Below are positions 54,831 to 64,000 of a stretch of 64,000 nt of DNA, piece after piece. A program made the position numbers and the translations under genes. Location: positions 1,612,001 to 1,676,000 of the forward strand of contig NC_089433.1 of NCBI RefSeq assembly GCF_026210795.1, in the 5' to 3' direction. Position 1 is the stretch's first letter. Each line of letters begins with the position of its first letter. The notes under the pieces are model-generated. The model was not told where the DNA came from. It saw only the letters and a list, made by a program, of their open reading frames with translations, and did no database searches. This DNA comes from Rhizophagus irregularis (lineage: Eukaryota).

Positions 54831-56471
54831 GATGAAACAATATATTAAACCTATGAAACAATTTAATAACCCTTTAATTTAAGTTAATAATTTATTTGTT
54901 AATAATTATACTTGAAAATCAAATCAGCTGTAGAAGTACTAAAGGAGAATTAGAATAAAAGGTACAATTCATACAGTTGTCATTCTTGTGGTAATTGAAA
55001 TGATACTTCTCATAAAATTCATTAAAATACATATTAATTGCAATTATTATTTTATTTACTTAATTAGTATGTAACTGATATAAATAAATTAATAAAATAC
55101 ATTTGCGATTTTAAATCTTTTTTATTTATAATACTATTAATACTATTTCAAATAAATTTTTATTTTTTAAGATTTTTTGCAATTGTCCTATTAATTTATA
55201 TAGTAATAAATATTAAAGCTGATTTTTATATCAATTATATTTAATTTCAAATTATCAATTGTATAAAATATGAAAGTAACTTTAAATTAATTTTTAAGTT
55301 TACTTAGACATTCAAAGTTTGTGATTATTTACCGATTATTCTTACATTTTAAATAATGACATGTAAATTAAACTTTTTTTTTTCCGGTAAATCACGTGAC
55401 GTGATTAATTCTGGCCAGAATTAAATGAAATTAAATAAAATTTATAATAAATCAAACGATTTGGTTGTAACCACTTTTACATTAATCATATATTGTGACG
55501 ATTTTTACCAAATATGATCAGATCTGCCACCCTTTTTTTAAAAAATAATTTTTTTCTTTTTGAACAGAAAAAATTAAATTTGAAACGCTTTTATCATCCA
55601 GCTGTATGTTGCATATTACGTAGTCATTAAAATTCAAATACCCGTGTAACATTCTATACGTTGGTTCATTTACTTAATTATCACGAAAATAATGAATATC
55701 CGATTGACAGTAAATAAATATTAATTATGAACATTTATAACACTTATTTTGTTTGTTTTTAATCAAAAATTGCTTTATTAAATGGTTAAAAATATAAGAT
55801 TTACCACATTCACATAGAAATAAATAATTGTCGCATTATTTATTTATTAAAAAAATATTTCACTGAAGGAAGTGAATGAATGCGTCAGATACCTTCTAAT
55901 TCTTCAAAATAAATAAAGTAACAATTATTACAGTAAGGATAAAGTAAAAAATTAGTTTCTTTATGCGTGCTAAAAGTTGTTCAGAACAAGAACAAGAACG
56001 ACAGTTTAAACTGTTAAAGTACAATTGGAAAAGATTTCCGACTGCCTTTACCAAGTCATATAAAAATGAGCCACCATTATTTATTGTTCCGGAAAGATAA
56101 CCATGCGCGTGTCTAATCTTCCAGAATGTTGTAGGCGGGATGTTTAAGGATCGAATAATAAGTAACATTACGAGAGACATTTTCTCGATAAAGAATCTTG
56201 ACATATGCGCGTAGAATGCAAATGATTTTGTGAGGGAAGGCATTTTAGCCAGGGTTAATTTTATTTATAAGTTGTATTCTTATCTTTTTTTTTTCAAAAA
56301 AAAAAGAAAGAAAATGAAAATGAAAGCTTAGAAATTTCAGAATTTTTTTGATTTTTTCGGTTTTTTTTTTTTTTTGGTGTTTGGATGTTCGGAACACCAA
56401 TATATAACTTTTTGGAAGGAACTTAGACCATAATCTTGGTATCAAGTTTTTTTTGTATTTATACCAAACTT

Positions 56472-56588
56472 CCACATAGTCCCGAAAATAAGCACCCCTT
56501 TTTTGCACATAATGCCGGCCAAGGCCTCATAATTTCGGCCAAAATCGGCATAATGCGGGAAAGGGTGCTTATTTTCGGGAATATACGG
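56472..56588. mobile_element. ~117-bp MITE (Tc1/mariner-pogo type)
   Basis: TIRs TCCCGAAAATAAGCACCC ... GGGTGCTTATTTTCGGGA. The right end is ATATACGG|TA; the left end is degenerate. Confidence 0.7.
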
Positions 56589-57582
56589 TAATTTGTTTGT
56601 ACGCCAATTAAAGCTGCATTATATAAAGAAAATTGAAATTATCGAAATATTAATCTCGTATGAACAAAGTAAATTAAAAAGGTATACTAAAGTTTGTGTA
56701 AAATTTAAAGTTTTGAACTTCTGTTTATAGTACAAAGAAATATTTTATTAACTGATTGGTTTTAACAGAATTATAATTAAACAAAAACCTTGTTAAATTT
56801 TATTGTATACTAACTACTAACTTTAAACATACTGTAGGTTTTAACAAAGCTTTTTAACAGCTGGCTAAACTAAAATAATAAATGAAACCGATTTTAACAT
56901 TTTGCTACAGATAAGTCGGTATCACTAATCTCGTTAATCGTTTACTGATTGGTCTAAACTACGATAAAAAGAAAAAAAACAATAATTTACTCGACATCAT
57001 TTACATGCCACACGTCAATTACAATATTACAAGCCGCATTGACCGTACTGTTGTAAATGTTACTGGTCCGGAAATTGAGACAGTTTCCTGTTTTTTTGTC
57101 CATTGTTTAACTTATGTACCAAGGGGAGAATTTTTTATGTACCAAAGGGTATTTTTGCACGTGATGAACCTTCGTTACGAAGAGTTTTAAGTTAACGTAC
57201 AGTACGTTATTAAGTTAACCTTTCAAATAACTAAACACATATTATAATTTCTTTCCTAAAAGTTTGTTAAAGGTCTTTATATTATATAAATTATTCATCT
57301 TTTTTCTAAACACAATAGAAAATCTGTTAAAATTATCCCAAAATTTTGTTATTTATTTTAGTAATATTAAAAAGTAATTAGGTTTGTAGAAAATAGAAAG
57401 GAATGTTTGGTTATTAATGTTAAAATAAAAAAGAATTTGATTGTTTTATAATAAAATTTTTTAACAAAAGAAAAAATAAATATATTGTTAAAGGATTATA
57501 TTACTTTAATCTGAAATATCATTTATATTATTAATTTTCAACTTAAAAACAGAAAGTCATATTACATGTCCATTCAATTTTA

Positions 57583-57771
57583 AATGCAAATATATCGTTT
57601 TTGATTAAGGAGGTGATGCTTTTTGATTATAGAAGTTAGTTGTACAAACTGTTGTATCGTTTTTGATTATTGAAAAAATAAATGTATCATTTTTGATTAT
57701 TGAAAAAAAAATTCTATCATTTTTGATTATTGAAAAAAAATGTATTATTTTTGATTATTCGATAGTATCAC
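57583..57771. repeat. Left TIR with internal TATC(G/A)TTTTTGATTA repeats
   Basis: Six TTTTTGATTA units; inverted copy at 62076-62264. Confidence 0.92.
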
Positions 57772-58039
57772 GTTTTATTTATTTAATTTATACTTAACAA
57801 GTTAATGTATCATTGTATAACATTTAACGCGTTCACATAATACTTTTCACACGACAAATGGTTCAATTCTTTTTCTTTTCCAAAAATTTTGATTTCTCTT
57901 TTGATATTTTTTTCTTTATTATATAATAGTTTTTATAATATATTTTGCGTTTTATAACCTTGTTTATATTTTTTACGTGATAATTATTTGTAATAATTTT
58001 CTTTCTATAAATTTGTGTAACGTTACTATATATTATAAT

Positions 58040-61000
58040 ATGGAAACTTACGAAAATCAAATCAAATACAACGATGATGGCTCAGTAAATGTACCATTTG
58101 GTCGTGCTGCAGAATGGTATATATCAAATGCAAATCTTTTAAAAAATTATCGCTTAAAAAATCAAAGTAGACAAGTTACTCCTAAACTTGTTAAAGCTGG
58201 AATCTTAACGGTAGAACGTGTACAAGGGGCAATAGATTACTTAGCATGGAAAACTAAAACTGGAACGGTAAAATCAACAAATCGTATTGATGATGTTTTA
58301 GTTTTAACCAGTTTAGGAAGAGATCTGGTTTCTCAAATTGAATTAGGATTAGCCAAAAACCAACAATGTTGGTATTGGGTTATGTATTGTTCAGGTGATG
58401 GAGGCAACTGTCAAAGATTATGCGGTAGTGTTGGAAAATGTAATGAAAATTGTGAAAATTATAATTTACGAAATAATTTGAAAAATGGAAATGATATGCA
58501 CCATTGTAGTGTCAGAGTTATTTCTGAATGTCGGTTATCTTGGCTATCATTAGAAAATCCATTGCGAATTACCATTCAAGGAACTCATCGTACATTTTAC
58601 AATAATAATATTCCTAAAATTTCAAGAATAAATTTAACTTATTCTGTCAGAGATTCGATAGCATTAAGCAGAAGAGCAGACCACAGGACAGCCAAAGGGA
58701 TAAAAGCGAAATTATTAACATCACTTAATGGTGCATCAGAAGAAGTAATTAACAATGCATTAGCAAGCCAACGTATAATATGTAATAATGACAAACTCCG
58801 GCAATTTGTTGCCAGAGATGATAAGAAATTAAAGGATGATACTGGTCCTTCGACTCAGCTTCGATAGTTTAGTAAATAATATATTAAAATCTCAAGGTTT
58901 TATATTATATTATCAAATAGCAGACATTAATCAACCAGCTGATTCACCTGACCGATATTATCAACTTACAATTTCTGATGAGTTTTGGTTAAAAAATGCT
59001 CGTGATTACGGTAAAATCTGTATCGGAATAGATGGTAAATATGATTTAAATTTGGACCGCGCACCGGTATTATCAATTGTTACTGAGAATAGTGCTGGTT
59101 GCGGATTGCCTGTTGCATTTGGTAAGTAAAATTTGACATATATTAAATTATTTAGTATATAATTTATTGTAATTTATTAAATTGTAAATAAAATATATAT
59201 ATTAGCGCTATTTAATAAGGAAAATCATCATACTATAAAATTGGCTATTGACGCTATTAAAAAAAATATCCCATGTGATAACGAGTTCTGTGAACACAAG
59301 TGGTACTATGAAAATCTTTTATCTGGAAACGGATTTCAACGAGTTCGTGAATGTCAAAACAATAATTGGAAGCCATATATCTTAATTGATAAGCATAGAC
59401 CATCTAAACTTGCTATCCAAAATGCTTCACATAAACCAATTTTATGTTGGTTTCATATTATGAAAACTTTTAGTGAAAATTTAAATAAATGGCAGATACC
59501 TGCAAAATTCAGGTAAGTTATATATTATATTAATTTTTTTTTATTAAAATTGATAACTAATTAATTATTTATTGTTTAGATATCCAATAGCATTAGCGTT
59601 TAAAATTGTAGGTCGTAGTCGAACTGAAGAAACTGCCATTGAAATGGCTAAGAAATATATCGAATTTATTAACACTCTTCCATTGGAAAAAACTAAAAAA
59701 GATAAATTAATAGATGATTTATCTAAAAATTGGATGTGCACGGAGTGGAAATTAAGTTTTATTGATGCTGGTCGTATTTCCAAAAACATTACAAACAGAT
59801 TTCCATGGACTACGAACAATTTTACAGAACGGATCAATAGGACAATTGAAGCAGTATATAGTGGTAAACAAACACCATTGACATTTGTTGAACGAATGTA
59901 TGGAATAAAATTTCAAAGTGAAACTATTGTAAGTCATGAAGATTTAAATAAGTTTGAATCTGGTTTAGTTACTTTATTCAATACTCAAACGATTGAACAG
60001 GTAAGAATTTTTTCGTTATCATTTTTAAATAATATTATTAAATTAATTTATTTTAAATTATTTATAGCAAACTAAAGATGATATGATATGTTGTGATAAA
60101 CTTCGAAGATTAAATCAAGGAAGATTAGATTTTCTTCTTAATATGGTTAAGATATCATCAGACCAAAATACTTTTCTTGTTAAAAAAAAATCTGATGATT
60201 TATTCGTATCTTCTTATGATGATAAGCCTTTGCGTCTAGATGAGGAAATTGTACGAAAATTAAATGATATGATCAATTTTCTTATGAAATCTTTATTATC
60301 CGAAAATGTAATATTAGAACAAGGATTTCATATATGTAATGTTATTACTGGTGAATGTACATGCTGGGAATACATATGGAATAGTTCATTACGTGATAAA
60401 TGTAGGCACTGTCATGCAGCCACTTTGCTTATAGAAACACAACAAAAAGGACATCTAGAAGTTGTAAACGAAGCAAAGAAAAATCTTGTTCTCTATTTTC
60501 GTAATAAGGAACGAGTAGTTCCCGCGTCTATAAAAAATAATGTAATATATCAAGGTGACATGGAAGATTCTTATCAAGAAATTATTAGATTATATAATAT
60601 GCAAGGTAAGATGTTTGAAATAATTTTTTAAAAATTATTATTGTTATTTATTATATTAATCTTACTTTTGCTCATTAGGTAATAAAATATTTTATCCACT
60701 TAAACGGTCATCTCAGGAGATTAAAGATCCATTTCGGCCAGCAGAATTAAGTGAAAGAACAAAATCAAATTTAGGCGCACCTCCTAAATTATCTGCTAAA
60801 CCTCGATCGTCCCATAGAATAAATTTACCAAACCAATCACAATCTGGTAATACGTTTTCTATACAACAAAGGAAAACAAAACAAATTCGAAATCTTAAAC
60901 GAAAACGAGAAGATAATTTATCTTCAATTAGTACTGGTAAAGATATATATTTAACGTAATAACATTAATATCTGTATTATTAATTTCTTTACCTATATTT

Positions 61001-61842
61001 ATTTAATAGATAGAAGAAGTACATCTTCATTTGCATCATCATCATCGTTTATAATGCCAAGCCCACCCCGCAATGTATTTCAATATCTTCCAGAACTGCC
61101 ATCTAATGATGATTTAAACTTGGATTTAGAATTTGATTTAGTACCTAATTCTCACAATTTATGCCCCTATTGTGATAATATCCTACCAGATATTTTACCA
61201 GAAAAGATAAAAGACCAGTTACAAAATCTACAAAACAAGCCAATCACAGAAGAAGAACGTTGGTCTTTTTGTATAATGCATCATGGTGAATTGAATATTG
61301 TTCCACATGGATTATCAAAAGGATATCCTGAATATATCGATTTTAATGTACTTCCATCACGCATAATCAAATTTGAAAAAGATCTCATTGAAATTATTAA
61401 CGGAAATATTTCAAGTTACTATTGGGATATTGCATCTTCAATATATAAAGAAGTCGGATATAATAAAGCCAAGGCGCCAATGATGCTCATGAATCGATTT
61501 GAAGTTTTTCAGGTTGGTAATTATCTGTTTGAATATAAATTTTGTTTATATTTTATTAATTAGCTTTACTAATTTACAGCCAGGTTATTATGGGTTTAAT
61601 GGGTTATATACTATTGTTAATACTTTAATAGAATTGTTTGTTAACTCTAATAATCTCACAAAAGACAAAACGTACCCATTAGACCCTATGGATTTTATTT
61701 ACGAAGTTCTAGTACCAGAAGTAACATTACGTCTGATTCAAGAGGACCGTAATAATAGTATAACACTTGAAGATGCGAAAGAAATTTTAATGATAGTATT
61801 GAATTTGGAGTTTATATGCATAGCAATGAAATAGATGATTGA
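58040..61842 (+). pseudogene. MULE transposase (DDE, CxxH, SWIM) fused to C-terminal RTC4-like domain; two apparent frameshifts
   Basis: Transposase motifs IGIDGKYDLN, LIDKHRPSKLAI, LCWFH, TNNFTERIN and SWIM CTC...CRH. In-frame spliced exons then lead to CPYCD...FCIMH...GYP..IDF...PGYYG...VLVPE...DSIEFG. Frame breaks near 58850 and 61790. Confidence 0.8.
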
Positions 61843-62075
61843 TTAATACTATTGTCTTTTAGTTGTAATAAAGACAAATTTTGAGAAAATAAGGATTAAA
61901 TTTATGACATATGAATGTTGGCAATTCTTTGTTTTAAATGGCTTAATAAAAATATACAAGAAACAGTAAATAGTAAGGAAACAAAAATAACGATTAATAA
62001 GTTTAGTAATTTGAAATTATTTAGTGAATAAAGTCTCCGATATGTACAGTATGTCGAATCTATGCATGTGACCAT

Positions 62076-62264
62076 GTGATACTATCGAATAATCAAAAAT
62101 GATACATTTTTTTTCAATAATCAAAAACGATAGAATTTTTTTTTCAATAATCAAAAATGATACATTTATTTTTTCAATAATCAAAAACGATACAACAGTT
62201 TGTACAACTAACTTCTATAATCAAAAAGCATCACCTCCTTAATCAAAAACGATATATTTGCATT
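62076..62264. repeat. Right TIR of the MULE element
   Basis: Reverse complement of 57583-57771. Confidence 0.92.
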
Positions 62265-63002
62265 ATATTAAGATATATTTATTTGTTTACTACTGTACCG
62301 GTATATCTATTATTATTTTTATATTATCGCCGTTTTCGATCATTGATTAAATTTCGTAATAATAATAAATAATAACTCCCCGATTACAAAAATAAAATCA
62401 CGTTTTACTATAATACTATGCCACCATCGTACAAACTTTATTAATTTTTTATTTTTGTTATTTACATATTATAAAAATTTTGAATTTATTATATTTTATA
62501 TCCAAATATATGGATTAATTTCTGTATATTAAAATTAATTTGAACTTTAATATCACTTATAATTTTAAATAATAAGCTTTACAAGAAAAAAATAGGATCG
62601 GGTGCTTGTTTTCGTAATTTCGTAAGTATACGATATCAAATATTCCGAGTTGACGTAATAAGTATGATAATTAATTTAGTTATGCAGCACAGAATTACAA
62701 ATAAAAACACAAAAAGCAAAGACCTTATCATTTACTAAATAAATTTGTCATGGCACTCCGGCTCAGCTCACAGTATTTAAGTACTGTAGGAAATTTGATA
62801 CTGTATTGGATCTAAATATTTATTCGTATGATCATGAGGTAATCCTCTTTGCTTAAAAGATTATTTGATTATTTCGCAATTTATTAATTTCTTACATTAA
62901 ATGAGTAAGTACGTACAGTAAGTTTTAAATTTCAAATATCAACAATAATAATTAAATATTATACAAGTATACATTTTTATATTACTGTTCTAACTTTATA
63001 TA

Positions 63003-64000
63003 TCATTCATCATCTTCTTCGGAATTTTCTTCTTCAGCTTCTTCAAGCCATTTGACAAAAGGTGCAATCTAAAAATAGAAGTTGTTAATAAAAATAAAAA
63101 GTCTTATAATGCTAATATTAATAGTGTTGAATCGAAATATACCACATCATGTATTTTCGAATAAATTTCTGGTTTTCCCACTCCTCCCTTAGAACGTTCA
63201 TCATAATACCATTCTAAAATTGCGTCTTCTTCTATTACATCTATTTCGTACAATGTTCGAAGTGACGGTGCAAATATTTTGCTATTTATATCCGTCTTTG
63301 CACAATATTTCTATAAAAGATATTAAATAGATATGAATCAGTTAAGGCTTATATGATAAATGAATAAGGAAAAAAGACTATTTACTTGTAATGTAAATAA
63401 AGCATCAGTTTGATCATCCTTAGAATGGACTAATTTTCCAATGAGCGGTCCCCAGCGAGTCAATACCTGATTGTTATAATATTAATATATTATAATAATA
63501 ATAAAATGACATTAGCTAGAATAATTCTACCTACGTCTTTAGTGCTAGCCAATAATTTATCAGTATTAATTTGATTCAATATTGATGGTATTACTACAAT
63601 TCGAGTATCACGAAATGAAGTATTTGAAGCCATACGCAAAGTATTCAGTTCTAAAGATGCTATTTCTATAGTATGACCTTCCGAAAATGCACGTTCGACC
63701 GTTTGTGCAACTTCCTTCGAGAAAATTTCTAAATTAGATGGTTCGTCAGAATCACTTTCCTCATCGGAAGATCCTTCACTTATTACAGATGCTGTCGACT
63801 CGTCGTCAGTAAATGATAAGTTGGACAAATCATATGCTAAAATATTTGACATAATGTTAATTTGAATTTACTAATATCGTAAGGGGATGAACTAATTGAT
63901 ACTTTACCGAGAGTTGTAACTTTTATATTTTTTGCTTCATCATCATCTTCTACATCGGACGTTTCATCGTTCCATATATGACCTTTTCCATTTTCTCCAA
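63003..64000 (-). CDS. GCD6: Translation initiation factor eIF2B epsilon subunit, 3' part (W2 domain); 5' part lies outside the window
   Basis: LELNTLRMASN, LRTLYEIDVIEEDAILEWY, FVKWLEEAEEENSEEDDE*. Confidence 0.9.

Larger units (their letters stand above)
57583..62264 (+). mobile_element. Mutator-like (MULE) DNA transposon, 4.7 kb, with 189-bp TIRs
   Basis: TIRs 57583-57771 and 62076-62264 differ at only 2 positions by my reading and enclose a DDE+SWIM transposase gene. No clear TSD. Confidence 0.88.

Noticed and set aside
55896..56508. ORFs of 115 and 87 aa on the minus strand
   Set aside because: No recognisable motif, and the second runs through homopolymers and a MITE end. A gene relic cannot be excluded.
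57650..57765. ~30-bp tandem units that superficially resemble a CRISPR array
   Set aside because: Eukaryotic context, no unique spacers, no cas genes; these are internal repeats of the TIR.

Overview
AT-rich, intron-dense eukaryotic DNA. The short GT-AG introns, gene content and repeat types suggest a Glomeromycota (Rhizophagus-like arbuscular mycorrhizal) fungus; this is inference. Positions 1-5.5 kb are decayed, transition-mutated repeat relics: a zinc-ribbon/nuclease-like gene, an integrase and pogo-like ends. Positions 6-53 kb are a compact block of about 16 genes, many head-to-head: an orphan gene, MAK21, an ANTH/AP180 adaptor, a CAMK-group kinase, a GPCR-like membrane protein, a TPT transporter, an NrnB-like DHH phosphoesterase, two YME2 paralogs flanking WBP1, ATP14, SUS1 convergent with SGF73, a ~3165-aa protein with many Ig-like ASH repeats, a bestrophin-like channel, RPL3 and ATG101. 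Positions 53.3-62.9 kb are repeat-rich: MITE-like elements and a 4.7-kb Mutator-like transposon with near-identical 189-bp TIRs whose spliced transposase (DDE + SWIM) runs in frame into an RTC4-like domain. The window ends in the 3' part of eIF2B-epsilon. The best novelty candidates are the MULE-RTC4 fusion element and the giant Hydin-like ASH-repeat protein. All family calls come from motif recognition by eye, not database searches.
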